NCBI GenBank assembly: GCA_965215015.1
Contig: OZ244042.1
Span: 4,512,001-4,576,000, forward strand
Direction of reading: 5' to 3'
From: Candidatus Poribacteria bacterium
GTDB lineage: Bacteria > Poribacteria > WGA-4E > PCPOR2b
Length of the DNA: 64,000 bases
Shown here: piece by piece, positions 38,023-48,699 of the stretch
How the letters are laid out: each line of letters starts with the position of its first letter
How positions within the stretch are numbered: the first letter of the stretch is position 1
Made by a program: the position numbers and the translations under genes
The notes under the pieces: model-generated
What the model saw: only the letters and a program-made list of their open reading frames with translations
What the model was told of the DNA's origin: nothing
Database searches by the model: none

Positions 38023-39725
38023 GCGTACAGGCATGGACATTTGTGATGGTTGGCTTATCCTTCGCACTCTATATTGGCGTAGCAATCTGGTCAAGGGCAA
38101 GTTCGACGGGGGAATTCTATATTGCAGGTGCCGGGGTGCCCTCGGTTGTCAACGGCATGGCGACAGCAGCCGATTGGATGAGTGCTGCATCGTTTATTTC
38201 GATGGCGGGTCTCATTTCGTTCATGGGACGCGATGGCTCCGTCTATCTCATGGGTTGGACGGGCGGTTATGTGTTGCTGGCACTACTGTTAGCACCGTAT
38301 CTGCGGAAGTTTGGCAAGTACACCGTGCCTGATTTTGTCGGCGACCGTTACTACTCACGGACAGCGCGAATCGTTGCGGTCATCTGTGCAATTTTTGTGT
38401 CCTTCACGTATGTTGCAGGACAGATGCGCGGCGTTGGCATTGTCTTTTCAAGATTCCTGAACGTCGACATCAACATCGGTGTACTAATTGGCATGGGGAT
38501 TGTGTTCTTTTACGCGGTGCTAGGCGGTATGAAGGGAATCACCTATACACAGGTTGCCCAGTACTGTGTCCTAATCTTTGCTTACCTTGTGCCGGCAATC
38601 TTTATATCGCTGTTGATGACCGGCAACATTATCCCGCAGCTCGGTTTTGGTGGGGTATTGGCAGATGGTTCGGGGGAATTCTTACTCGACAAACTCAACG
38701 GATTGAGTCAGGAACTCGGCTTTGACGCATACACCGATGGACGCAAGGCGACAATTGATGTGTTCTTTATCACGGCGGCCCTTATGGTCGGCACGGCTGG
38801 GCTCCCGCATGTCATTGTGCGTTTCTACACAGTGCCGAAGGTTTCTGCGGCGCGGAGTTCTGCAGGGTGGGCGTTGTTCTTTATTGCCATCCTTTATACC
38901 ACCGCCCCTGCGGTGGCAGCATTCGCTCGGACGAATCTTTTGAATACGGTTTCAGATGCCAAATACGCGGAAGTTCCGGGCTGGTTCAAGAATTGGGAGG
39001 CGACAGGACTCATTAAATTTGATGACAAAAACGGGGACGGTAGCATTCAGTATCGAGGAGCCGACTCAGAGGTTGAGAATGAACTGACCATTGATCGTGA
39101 TATCATGGTGCTGGCGAACCCTGAAATCGCCAAGCTGCCGAACTGGGTTGTGGGGTTAGTTGCCGCGGGGGGGTTGGCGGCTGCGCTCTCTACAGCGGCG
39201 GGCCTGTTGCTAGTGATTTCGACTTCGGTCGCTCATGACCTTTTGAAACGGGAGCTAGTTCAAGGGATTAGCGAGAAAGGCGAATTGGTTGCCGCACGCA
39301 TCGCGGCGGGGGTTGCGGTTTGTATTGCAGGTTATTTCGGTATCAATCCACCCGGCTTCGTTGGACAGGTCGTTGCGTTTGCATTTGGTTTGGCTGCCGC
39401 CTCATTTTTCCCAGCAATCATCATGGGTATTTTCTGGAAACGGATGAACAACATCGGCGCAATTAGCGGCATGATTGTTGGTATCACCTTCACGGCGGGC
39501 TATATTATTTTCTTCAAGTTTATTCGTCCTGACCTGAATGCACCCGCACACTGGTTGTTCGGCATTTCCCCCGAAGGCATCGGAACGCTTGGCATGGCAC
39601 TCAACTTCTTAGTGTCAATTCCCGTCTCTTTAATCACACCGTCACCGCCGCCGGAGGTCCAAGAGCTTGTTGACAATATCCGCAGCCCTCAAGATGCAGG
39701 GCCGCCCCACGAGTTATCCGCTTGA
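38019..39725 (+). CDS. actP: Cation/acetate symporter (SSS family)
   Basis: NGMATAADWMSAASF, GTAGLPHVIVRFYT, AAGGLAAALSTAAGLLL. Confidence 0.85.
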   Translation: MSVQAWTFVMVGLSFALYIGVAIWSRASSTGEFYIAGAGVPSVVNGMATAADWMSAASFISMAGLISFMGRDGSVYLMGWTGGYVLLALLLAPYLRKFGKYTVPDFVGDRYYSRTARIVAVICAIFVSFTYVAGQMRGVGIVFSRFLNVDINIGVLIGMGIVFFYAVLGGMKGITYTQVAQYCVLIFAYLVPAIFISLLMTGNIIPQLGFGGVLADGSGEFLLDKLNGLSQELGFDAYTDGRKATIDVFFITAALMVGTAGLPHVIVRFYTVPKVSAARSSAGWALFFIAILYTTAPAVAAFARTNLLNTVSDAKYAEVPGWFKNWEATGLIKFDDKNGDGSIQYRGADSEVENELTIDRDIMVLANPEIAKLPNWVVGLVAAGGLAAALSTAAGLLLVISTSVAHDLLKRELVQGISEKGELVAARIAAGVAVCIAGYFGINPPGFVGQVVAFAFGLAAASFFPAIIMGIFWKRMNNIGAISGMIVGITFTAGYIIFFKFIRPDLNAPAHWLFGISPEGIGTLGMALNFLVSIPVSLITPSPPPEVQELVDNIRSPQDAGPPHELSA

Positions 39726-39965
39726 TTACCGCTTTCTCATCATCTTTGGTGCGAGAAGGTAATAGGCATACGCCGTATGCCTACCACTGTCGGATGAACT
39801 GTAGTTGCCTGATTCATCGGGCGTTGAGAGGCATGTTCACCGAATCTGTAAATTGAAAGACCGCACTTCTATTGTCCTTGATATGGATTTGGGGTTAATC
39901 GTTCAACTCAATCTACACCACTAGTACATTGATGGATTAATGAACTAAATTAGATAAGGAAATCT

Positions 39966-41135
39966 ATGCTACCTTGGCTCTCTTGGAATCGTAATTTCCG
40001 GTTATTGTCAATAGCTGTCTTTGGAGCTGGTATCTTTTTTGGCGTTCAATTTTCACTTTTCCATAATTTTATCGTCGAACGGATCGGCATTGAAGCCCAT
40101 GAGTTGGGCTACATGGAGGCGTTGAGGGAAGTCCCCGGTTTTCTTAACGCGCTCTTTATTGCAGTAACAATCCTTTTGTCGCCGCCGCTGCTGGGTGGGG
40201 GCTCCCTCATCGTGATGGGATTAGGGTTGGCGTTATACTCGCAAGCAGACAGTTTTTTGGCGGTCCTTATCTATTCAGTTGTCTGGAGTATTGGATTTCA
40301 CGCATGGCTGCCGTTGCAGGGAACAATGGCACTTTTCTATTCAGAGGGAGAGGAGAAAGGAAAGTGGCTTGGTAGCTTGAGAAGTGTCGAGAGTCTTTCA
40401 ATGTTAGCTGCAATTGTTTTGTGCAAATTGGCTGTAGATGTGTTAGAATTTGGAGGGTTGTTCCAAGTTGGGGGGGCAGCCGTTGCAATCGGCGGTGTTG
40501 CGTTGATGTTCGCTTCACGTCAGTTGCAGACCGAGCGCGAAAATCGTTTTGTACTAAAAAAACGCTACTGGCTCTACTATCTGCTATCCTTTCTACAAGG
40601 CTGTCGTAGACAAATTTTTATCACCTTCGCAGTTTTCGCCCTCGTAAAAGTGTACGGCACCGATCGGGGTATCATTATCACGCTCATCCTAATCAACCAA
40701 TTCGTCGTATTTCTCTTTTCTCCGCTGATGGGTTGGCTTGTGGACAAACTCGGTGAGCGCATTATACTGACAGCGAGCTATATCGGTTTAACTTTTATAT
40801 TTATTGGCTACGCGTTGCTGAAAAACCCGCATCACTTATATATCCTTTATTGTGTTGATAACTTCCTGTTTGTCGGTGGTATTGCGATGACGACTTATGT
40901 GAACAAGATCGTGCCGAAACGCGACCTCAAGCCAACACTTGCGATGGGGGTGACCATGAACCACATTGCAGCAGTGGGTGCCCCGTTAGTTGGGGGGTTG
41001 GTATGGATGAAGCTCGGCTATGAGATTATCTTTCTCAGTGGAGGGGCTATTGCGTTTATCACGCTGATTGTTACACAGTGGATGAAGACTCAACCTTTGC
41101 TTGTTGATGCAAAGCCGGGGATGGCTGCGGATTAG
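39966..41135 (+). CDS. MFS transporter
   Basis: About 12 TM segments; GWLVDKLGER motif. Confidence 0.85.
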   Translation: MLPWLSWNRNFRLLSIAVFGAGIFFGVQFSLFHNFIVERIGIEAHELGYMEALREVPGFLNALFIAVTILLSPPLLGGGSLIVMGLGLALYSQADSFLAVLIYSVVWSIGFHAWLPLQGTMALFYSEGEEKGKWLGSLRSVESLSMLAAIVLCKLAVDVLEFGGLFQVGGAAVAIGGVALMFASRQLQTERENRFVLKKRYWLYYLLSFLQGCRRQIFITFAVFALVKVYGTDRGIIITLILINQFVVFLFSPLMGWLVDKLGERIILTASYIGLTFIFIGYALLKNPHHLYILYCVDNFLFVGGIAMTTYVNKIVPKRDLKPTLAMGVTMNHIAAVGAPLVGGLVWMKLGYEIIFLSGGAIAFITLIVTQWMKTQPLLVDAKPGMAAD

Positions 41136-41205
41136 CACACACAACAATCGAGAAACTCATATTTTATGGATCCCGTAATATCACAATACATTTTATTTTA
41201 TTGCG

Positions 41206-41293
41206 CTCATGTTAAGAAATGGTGCAACAGCTCCCGAGTTCTTTCGGAAAGACTCGGGAGCTCGTCGTGTTTTGCACTCTCTTTTTATATGAG
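41206..41293. repeat. Small TIR element with internal GC hairpin (shorter copy at 37669-37715)
   Basis: CTCATGTTAAGAAATGGTGCAA...TTGCACTCTCTTTTTATATGAG. Confidence 0.6.
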
Positions 41294-41332
41294 TCTTTGA
41301 ATTTATCACAAGTATCATCTGGAGCCTTTATA

Positions 41333-43609
41333 ATGTCTAAATCATTGGTTGTCGTTGAGTCTCCTGCGAAAGCGAAGACAATCAACAAATTCCTCGGGCG
41401 AAATTATATTGTGCGTTCTTCAGTGGGGCACATTCGGGACTTACCCGCAAAAAAATTAGCCGTGGATATTCAAAACGGATTTACCCCGGAATATGTCACC
41501 ATCCGAGGCAAAGCAAAAGTAATCAAAGAAATTCAGGCCGCGGCAAAGAAAACCGATGCAATCTACCTCGCCGCCGACCCGGACCGAGAGGGCGAGGCAA
41601 TCTGCTGGCATATTGCCGAGACGCTTAAAAGCGTGAAAAAGCCAATCTACCGGGTGACTTACAATGAAATTACGGAAGGTGCGATCCGAGCGGCGATGGA
41701 CAATCCCGGTGAAATTGATCAGCGGCTCGTGAACTCTCAACAGGCGCGGCGGGTCTTGGATCGATTGGTTGGTTATCAAATCAGTCCAATCTTATGGCGC
41801 AGTGTTAAACCGGGGTTAAGTGCCGGACGGGTGCAATCTGTCGCTGTGCGACTTATCTGTGAGCGGGAAGCGGAGATTGAAGCCTTTGTTCCCCAAGAAT
41901 ACTGGACGATTACTGCAAATCTGCAAGGGAAAAACTCTTCGCCGTTTGATGCGAAGCTCCTGCGGATTGGGTCGGAAAAGGGAAGTATCAGTACTTACGG
42001 TTTCCCAATTGATGAAGCGCGTGCAAAAGCAATCGTCGAAGATGCAGGGACAAAACCGTTTATCGTTAAAGACATCAAGAAACAGGAGCGTAAAAAGAGG
42101 CCTGTCCCCTCATTCATTACGAGCACGTTACAACAGGAGGCAGCTCGCAAACTCCGGTTCACAGCCAAACGCACTATGGCAATCGCCCAACAACTCTACG
42201 AAGGGTTAGACATCGGGGCGGAGGGTGCTGTCGGTTTGATTACTTACATGCGGACCGACTCCACTCGAATTGCGGACGAAGCTCTCAGAGAAGCACGGGG
42301 ATACATCAAAAAGACTTACGGGACAGATTACCTCCCGAAGAGTGCCGTACGTTACAGGAGCAGGGGGGGAGCGCAGGATGCACACGAAGCGATTCGTCCA
42401 ACTTCGGTTGAACGGACCCCTCAGGCGCTGAAACCCTATCTCTCCATTGAACAGCATCGGTTGTATGATCTGATTTGGAAACGATTTGTCGCTAGTCAGA
42501 TGAACCCCGCCCTTTTGGATGTGACCACGATTGATATTTCTGCGGGGGAATATCTGTTCCGCGCAACCGGATCAATTCTCAAGTTTGATGGATTTATGCG
42601 GCTCTATCTAGAGGGGCGCGATGATAACAACACAGAATCCAAGGGAGATGATGAGACCGGTGCAATCCTACCTGTGCTGGAAATTGGCGAGCGGCTTGAT
42701 TTGCGTAGATTGACACCTAAACAACACTACACGCAACCCCCGCCTCGATATACCGAAGCAGCTCTTGTTAAGGCATTAGAGGAGAAGGGAATCGGTCGTC
42801 CGAGCACGTACGCGGCGATTATCTCGACGATTCAAGATCGGGAGTACGTAGTGAAGGAGGAGCGGCGTTTCCAGCCTACGGACATTGGCAAGTTAGTCAA
42901 CCAACTGCTGATTAAAGGATTCCCCAATATCCTTGATACGCAGTTTACGGCAAAGATGGAAGATCAGCTTGATGGGATTGCCGAGGGAAAATCGGACTGG
43001 GTAGGCGTTCTCAGCGCGTTTTATGAACCTTTTACCCACGCCTTAGAAGCGGCACCGGATGTAATGTATCAAGCGCGTAAAGAGATGGAAGAAGAGTCTG
43101 ATGAAGTGTGCGAAAAGTGCAACGGAAAAATGGTTATCAGGTGGGGAAGATATGGTCGTTTTCTGGGTTGCTCAAATTATCCTGAGTGTCGTAATATTAA
43201 GCGTTTAACAGAGGATGATGTCCCCCCTCCTGAAGTGGAACCTACCGATGAAACCTGCGATAAATGTGGTAGTCCGATGGTGGTTAAAACCAGTCGTGCT
43301 GGCGGGAAATTTCTCGCATGCACAGGGTATCCCAAATGCAAAAACGCAAAACCAATCAACATCGGCGTTGATTGTCCTGAAGCGGACTGTGACGGCTATA
43401 TCGGTGAGCGGCGCAGTAAGCGTGGGAAAGTCTTTTATGGTTGCAGCAACTATCCCAAATGTAACTTTGTCTCGTGGGATAAACCGGTGAACAAGGAATG
43501 TCCAGAGTGCCAAGCACCATTCTTGGTTGAAAAGACAACGAAAACGAAGGGGCATTACCTTGCTTGTAACGATAAAGCGTGTGGTTACACAAAGTCCTTA
43601 AAAAACTGA
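41333..43609 (+). CDS. topA: DNA topoisomerase I
   Basis: VESPAKAKTI, DPDREGE, SAGRVQS, ITYMRTDS, C-terminal Zn ribbons. Confidence 0.97.
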   Translation: MSKSLVVVESPAKAKTINKFLGRNYIVRSSVGHIRDLPAKKLAVDIQNGFTPEYVTIRGKAKVIKEIQAAAKKTDAIYLAADPDREGEAICWHIAETLKSVKKPIYRVTYNEITEGAIRAAMDNPGEIDQRLVNSQQARRVLDRLVGYQISPILWRSVKPGLSAGRVQSVAVRLICEREAEIEAFVPQEYWTITANLQGKNSSPFDAKLLRIGSEKGSISTYGFPIDEARAKAIVEDAGTKPFIVKDIKKQERKKRPVPSFITSTLQQEAARKLRFTAKRTMAIAQQLYEGLDIGAEGAVGLITYMRTDSTRIADEALREARGYIKKTYGTDYLPKSAVRYRSRGGAQDAHEAIRPTSVERTPQALKPYLSIEQHRLYDLIWKRFVASQMNPALLDVTTIDISAGEYLFRATGSILKFDGFMRLYLEGRDDNNTESKGDDETGAILPVLEIGERLDLRRLTPKQHYTQPPPRYTEAALVKALEEKGIGRPSTYAAIISTIQDREYVVKEERRFQPTDIGKLVNQLLIKGFPNILDTQFTAKMEDQLDGIAEGKSDWVGVLSAFYEPFTHALEAAPDVMYQARKEMEEESDEVCEKCNGKMVIRWGRYGRFLGCSNYPECRNIKRLTEDDVPPPEVEPTDETCDKCGSPMVVKTSRAGGKFLACTGYPKCKNAKPINIGVDCPEADCDGYIGERRSKRGKVFYGCSNYPKCNFVSWDKPVNKECPECQAPFLVEKTTKTKGHYLACNDKACGYTKSLKN

Positions 43610-43675
43610 GATATCAGAAGAAAGATACCCTCTAGTCAATCTCATTCAACAGCTTAGAGAATTTTTCAGACCGAA

Positions 43676-44332
43676 ATGATCCAAGTTTACAACGTTTCAA
43701 TGAGCTATAAGAAGGATATTGAAGTCCTTCACGAAATCAACTTTGATGTCAAAAAAGGGGAGTTTGTTTTCCTCGTCGGTACTAGTGGGGCAGGAAAAAC
43801 AACGATTCTTCGGCTCTTGTACCGGGAGCTTGCGCCTACCTCGGGGCACATTATCATTGCGGGGAAAAACCTTTCTCAAATTTCTCGAGCGCAAATTCCC
43901 TATCTGCGCCGAAGAATGGGCGTTATCTTTCAGGATTTTAAGCTGCTGCCGAACAAAACGGTTCAAGAAAACATTGCGCTTGCCATGAAAGTGACGGGAG
44001 CCAAGCGACCGCAAATTCGCCAGCAGGTGGATCAGCTCCTCCATCAGATGAGTCTAGTCCATCGAAAAGACGCATTGCCAGAGGATATTTCCGGTGGTGA
44101 GCAGCAGCGCGTTGCTATTGCTAGAGCGATGGCAAATGACCCGATGGTTCTCCTCGCTGACGAACCGACAGGGAATTTGGACCCGAAACTGTCGCTTGAA
44201 ATTATGCACCTCTTTGAAAGCTTCAACTTCCGTGGGACAACCGTGATGGTTGCAACCCATGATCTCTCACTCGTCCAGCAACTTGGGAGACGCGTGATAC
44301 GGATTGAAGATGGGAGAAATGTTGAAGATTGA
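43676..44332 (+). CDS. ftsE: Cell division ATP-binding protein FtsE
   Basis: GTSGAGKTT, IPYLRRRMGVIFQDFKLL, ADEPTGNLD, GTTVMVATHD. Confidence 0.88.
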   Translation: MIQVYNVSMSYKKDIEVLHEINFDVKKGEFVFLVGTSGAGKTTILRLLYRELAPTSGHIIIAGKNLSQISRAQIPYLRRRMGVIFQDFKLLPNKTVQENIALAMKVTGAKRPQIRQQVDQLLHQMSLVHRKDALPEDISGGEQQRVAIARAMANDPMVLLADEPTGNLDPKLSLEIMHLFESFNFRGTTVMVATHDLSLVQQLGRRVIRIEDGRNVED

Positions 44333-44495
44333 TGATGTGTGAGGTGCGGCATTCTCAAATCTGGGAATCTGGTCTCGTGAATTGTTGCCTAAGAATGCTG
44401 CTGCCCGCTGCGCTAAAGCCAGCTGTGCTACAAGCCAAGAGCATGTCCATGGGCACCAAATTACCCCGATAGATTGGGATTTCGCTACGTTCAGC

Positions 44496-44927
44496 ATGAC
44501 ATTGAAATTCTTCAGTCCTACAGAAGTTGAGATTCTGACAGCTCTGACCGAGTGCATGGTGGGGAATAATTCTTCTGATGTGTGGAAACAACCCTATGGA
44601 CGTGAGGATCCAATACCAGCGTACTCTCCTGCGGTGACGACTATTGATGCCTTCGTTGCTGGCCTACCGTTGAACTTGCAAGTGCAACTTCGCCAAGCTC
44701 TTCACCTATTTCAATGGTGTCCGATTTTGTTCATTGGCAAGCTAGGTCCCTTTACCCGGCTCTCCCGACGGGATGCAGACGCTTATATTCGGTCGTGGGC
44801 GGAAAGTCGTTTCGGGCTACGACGACGTCTCTTTCGAGGCTTACGGGATTTGACGTTTCTCGGCTATTATAGCGAATCACCTACTGGCATCTATCACACC
44901 TCAACTGACGAACCGGAGGGAAGATGA
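44496..44927 (+). CDS. Gluconate-2-dehydrogenase subunit-3-like partner protein
   Basis: FTRLS...W..S....RR.LF.GLR.L..LGYYS; overlaps the GMC start. Confidence 0.6.
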   Translation: MTLKFFSPTEVEILTALTECMVGNNSSDVWKQPYGREDPIPAYSPAVTTIDAFVAGLPLNLQVQLRQALHLFQWCPILFIGKLGPFTRLSRRDADAYIRSWAESRFGLRRRLFRGLRDLTFLGYYSESPTGIYHTSTDEPEGR

Positions 44928-46522
44928 CCATCCAGGGGCGTAACGTGAGGCAAGATCTCCGTGAAACGGTTGATATCTGTGTGATTGGATCGGGAGCAGG
45001 GGGGGCGGTGGCTGCCAAGGAGCTCGCTCAAGCTGGACTCTCGGTAGTTGTGCTGGAGGCGGGTGAGAATCACGATTCAGCGACGTTCAGTCGACATACC
45101 CCAGAGATGTTACTACGCCTGTTTTGGGAGGGTGGTATGCGAACCACTCGTGATGGTTCAGTGTTAATCTCCCAAGGACGGGGTGTAGGCGGCTCCACCG
45201 TCCATAATCTGTGCTATGCGGTGCGTACTCCCAACCCGATTTTGGAAAGATGGGAAACCGAGTTTGGAATCCAAAATCTGTCACCGAGCGATCTCGGCCC
45301 CTCCCTGGACCGGGTGGAGAGGACCTTGGCGGTGAAGTCGATTCAGGAAGAGCAGGTCAACAGGCTTAACCAAACCATTCGTCGAGGCTGTCAAGCCATG
45401 GGTTGGTGTGGGATTATACAACGCCATAATCGCGGTCCTTGCCCGGATTGTTCAGCGGGTTGTCTACTGGGGTGCCCCACTTCCCAACCGGGAATTGGGA
45501 AGCAGAGCATGGCGGTAAGTTACATTCCTCAGGCACTCGAAGCAGGAGCTCGCCTCTACACTGACTGCCTCACCGAAGGTATTGTTGTAGAAAACGGTCA
45601 CGTGGTTGGATCCATCGCTCGATTCCTGTCCGGTGATAGGCTGCCTAGATGGGTTGATACAAAAACTGACAGCTCCGCCGATTCAGGGAACAAGCGTAGG
45701 CATGAAGGCTCCCGGCTCTCTGTTCGCAGCAAAGCGGTGGTTCTAGCAGCAGGCGCAATCAACTCGCCTCAACTCTGGTTGAATAGCGGCCTTCCTGATC
45801 CGGGGAAACAGGTGGGACATAATCTGCATCTCCATCCCGCTATCTTCGTAGGCGGTATTTTCAATGAGGAGATCGATGCCCAACAGGGTATTCCTCAAAG
45901 CTTCTACGTTGACCAGTTTTTGGATTTGGCTCGTAATCCTGATAGCGGTTACCTTCTCATGCCTGCCTTCGGACCAATGGCAGTGGTAGCAGCCAGTATG
46001 CCCTCCTTTGGAAGAGAGCACAAAGATCTGATGCGTTCTTACCGAGGTATTGCTGCACTACTTGTGTTGCTCCATGACCGTTCTTCAGGACGGGTGAAGG
46101 TGAATCGGTGGGGGAAGCCGGTGATTCAGTATCGTCTCAATCGCGCTGACCGAGAATCATTGATCGAAGGGTTGATACACGGTGCCCAACTCCTTTTCGC
46201 TGCTGGTGCAAGGGAGATTACACTCCCTTACACGCGACGAATCATTATCAAGCGGGAGAGTGACCTTGAGATGATTCGTCAACGCGGTATCGTTGAGAAC
46301 GATATTCTGATTGCCTCTAGCCATCCCCAAGGAACGCTACGACTGGGGAGCGATCCGCGTAAAGCCGTCGTGGGCTCCTATGGAGAGGCACACGCTGTCA
46401 AGGGATTGTTTGTGGTTGATGCGAGCCTGTTTCCGACCTCAATTGGCATCCCGCCGATGTTGACAATTGCCGCTATGGCTGACCGAATTGCTCGACGATT
46501 GGCTGCAAACTGGCCACCTTAA
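44924..46522 (+). CDS. GMC family oxidoreductase
   Basis: IGSGAGG, GVGGST, AAGAINSP, SHPQGT, VVDASLFPT. Confidence 0.92.
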   Translation: MTIQGRNVRQDLRETVDICVIGSGAGGAVAAKELAQAGLSVVVLEAGENHDSATFSRHTPEMLLRLFWEGGMRTTRDGSVLISQGRGVGGSTVHNLCYAVRTPNPILERWETEFGIQNLSPSDLGPSLDRVERTLAVKSIQEEQVNRLNQTIRRGCQAMGWCGIIQRHNRGPCPDCSAGCLLGCPTSQPGIGKQSMAVSYIPQALEAGARLYTDCLTEGIVVENGHVVGSIARFLSGDRLPRWVDTKTDSSADSGNKRRHEGSRLSVRSKAVVLAAGAINSPQLWLNSGLPDPGKQVGHNLHLHPAIFVGGIFNEEIDAQQGIPQSFYVDQFLDLARNPDSGYLLMPAFGPMAVVAASMPSFGREHKDLMRSYRGIAALLVLLHDRSSGRVKVNRWGKPVIQYRLNRADRESLIEGLIHGAQLLFAAGAREITLPYTRRIIIKRESDLEMIRQRGIVENDILIASSHPQGTLRLGSDPRKAVVGSYGEAHAVKGLFVVDASLFPTSIGIPPMLTIAAMADRIARRLAANWPP

Positions 46523-46524
46523 TT

Positions 46525-47544
46525 ATGTTCCAATCGATCGACCTACCAATCATATTTCAGAAATATCCATATCTCAATAAATATATCCCATGGCTTCCGC
46601 TTGGAAAGTTCCCGACTCCTGTACATCGGCTCATCAAACTTGAGTATGCCCTAGGATTCGATTCGCTGTGGATTAAACGGGACGATCGGAGCGGGCATTT
46701 GGGTGGTGGCAACAAGGTCAGGAAGTTAGAATATTTGCTAGCGGACGCGAGGGATAAGAGTTGTGAGACGTTGTTCGCAGTGGGAGCCGCAGATTCAAAT
46801 CATGTCCGCGCCACAATGACCTACGGAAAAATAGCGGGCTTTTATATTCACTGTTTGTTGCTTAATCAGTCGCATACCGATTCCCTTGAAGACAATGTTC
46901 AAGGGATACGTGCTCAGGCGGATCAGGTCCGACAGGTCTCTAACCGGATGAACTTAGTGAGTCTGTATGGATATGAATCCCTCAAACAGTTTTTTGGGCT
47001 TCACAGGTTACGATACTTTCTTGCGCCGGGCGGATCCTCGCCTCTCGGCTGTCTCGGATATGTCAATGCCGCGTTTGAGCTCAAGGCACAGATTGGGGCA
47101 GGGCTTTTACCTGAACCCAAACTAATCTTTGTAGCATTGGGGAGTCGCGGAACGATGGCAGGATTGGTAGTTGGCGCGCGGTTGGCGGGGTTAGAAGCCA
47201 GAATCATTGGGGTACGTGTCGTTGATCGGATTATGGGAAATGCACGATCGGTCGCACGGCTTGCACGTCGTACAATGCGGCTGATTGAAACGGGGGCGGA
47301 ATCCCGCAGCGACGAGCGGATTGATGCACACGAGATTGAGATTTGGCATCGCGATTTCGGAGATGGCTATGCTATACCCACCGAGGCGAGTTTACGTGCG
47401 GTAGAGATGATGCAACAGCATGAAGCTATCCCACTCGAAACTACCTACACCGGAAAGGCACTGGCTGGCTTGATCCACTACGTTCAGGAGCATCGGTGTG
47501 AAAAGCAACCGATTCTGTTTTGGAATACGTATGGACAAGCGTAA
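46525..47544 (+). CDS. PLP-dependent D-cysteine desulfhydrase/ACC deaminase family protein
   Basis: PTPV, KRDD...GGNKVRKLEY, SNH, YTGKA. Confidence 0.88.
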   Translation: MFQSIDLPIIFQKYPYLNKYIPWLPLGKFPTPVHRLIKLEYALGFDSLWIKRDDRSGHLGGGNKVRKLEYLLADARDKSCETLFAVGAADSNHVRATMTYGKIAGFYIHCLLLNQSHTDSLEDNVQGIRAQADQVRQVSNRMNLVSLYGYESLKQFFGLHRLRYFLAPGGSSPLGCLGYVNAAFELKAQIGAGLLPEPKLIFVALGSRGTMAGLVVGARLAGLEARIIGVRVVDRIMGNARSVARLARRTMRLIETGAESRSDERIDAHEIEIWHRDFGDGYAIPTEASLRAVEMMQQHEAIPLETTYTGKALAGLIHYVQEHRCEKQPILFWNTYGQA

Positions 47545-47568
47545 CTCTACATTCAATAACAGGAGGCT

Positions 47569-48624
47569 ATGATGAAGAAATTACGAGTTGGAATTATTGG
47601 GTTGGGTGGAATCGCTCGATCCCACTGTGATGCGATTGCGACACTGGACAATGTAGAGGTTGTGGCAGTTGCTGACCTCTTTGAGGAAAAACGTCGCGAA
47701 TACATGGAGAAATATAATATCCCAAAGGGGTATCAGACTCACACGGAACTGCTTGAGGATGACGAAGTTGAGGCTGTGGCAGTTGTGCTTGGTCACCAGC
47801 TCCATCATCGGCTCACTGTGGACGCCTGCAACGCTGGTAAGCATGTCTTGGTAGAGAAGCCGATGGCGATTAGCCTGCAGCAGTGTGATGGCATGATAGC
47901 GGCTGCGGCTGCTAACAATGTCAAGCTGATGGTCGGCTATTCGCAGCACTATTACGGCACAAGCGTAAAGGCGAAGGAAATCCTCGATTCGGGCGATCTA
48001 GGACCGCTCATAACAGCAGTGTGCTACATGTCCAAGAACTGGGGCTATTCGGGACGTCGTCCTCAGTACCGCAGTCGCTATCACGGCGGTGGTATGTGGC
48101 TGACCAACGGCGTTCATGTAGTAGACCGACTCACATGGGTGATGGCATCACAAGTGGTGTCCGTATCCGCGTCTATCGGTGCACGTGCACACTACCAAGC
48201 AGGCGATGATTCTGCCACCGCCTTTATCCGATACAAAAATGGGCTTGCCGGCGTTGCTGTGGCGGTTGGATTTGCCGATGGTGCCCCAGACTTTAGTTGT
48301 CAAGTCATTTGTGCCAATGGCACCTTGCGATTCAGCCAGCACGGTGAAAAATATGTCAGGGTCGGAAAAGGAGACAAGTGGGAGGAGGTGCCCTTCGATG
48401 ATCCACCGGTCGAGATGCACAACGAGTGGAAATTTTTTGCCGAAGCGATTGAAAAAGATATTGAGCCACCGACCCACGGGGAATGGGGGCGTCACATTAT
48501 GGAAATCCTGTTTGCTGCTGAGCAGTCCGCGATCACCGGTCAAGAGGTAGTGTTAGATAGTAGTCCCGGTTGGACGAATCAGACATCTGGCTCTCCCATC
48601 ACAATCAATCACGGTTGGGTTTGA
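47569..48624 (+). CDS. Gfo/Idh/MocA oxidoreductase
   Basis: GIIGLGGI, GKHVLVEKP, GGGMWLTNGVH. Confidence 0.92.
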   Translation: MMKKLRVGIIGLGGIARSHCDAIATLDNVEVVAVADLFEEKRREYMEKYNIPKGYQTHTELLEDDEVEAVAVVLGHQLHHRLTVDACNAGKHVLVEKPMAISLQQCDGMIAAAAANNVKLMVGYSQHYYGTSVKAKEILDSGDLGPLITAVCYMSKNWGYSGRRPQYRSRYHGGGMWLTNGVHVVDRLTWVMASQVVSVSASIGARAHYQAGDDSATAFIRYKNGLAGVAVAVGFADGAPDFSCQVICANGTLRFSQHGEKYVRVGKGDKWEEVPFDDPPVEMHNEWKFFAEAIEKDIEPPTHGEWGRHIMEILFAAEQSAITGQEVVLDSSPGWTNQTSGSPITINHGWV

Positions 48625-48699
48625 GAGCATCGTGATAGCGAGGTCCAAATGAGTAGATAGACGCGTCCAAATTACTGACGGAAGAAGCGGAGGTAAGAA

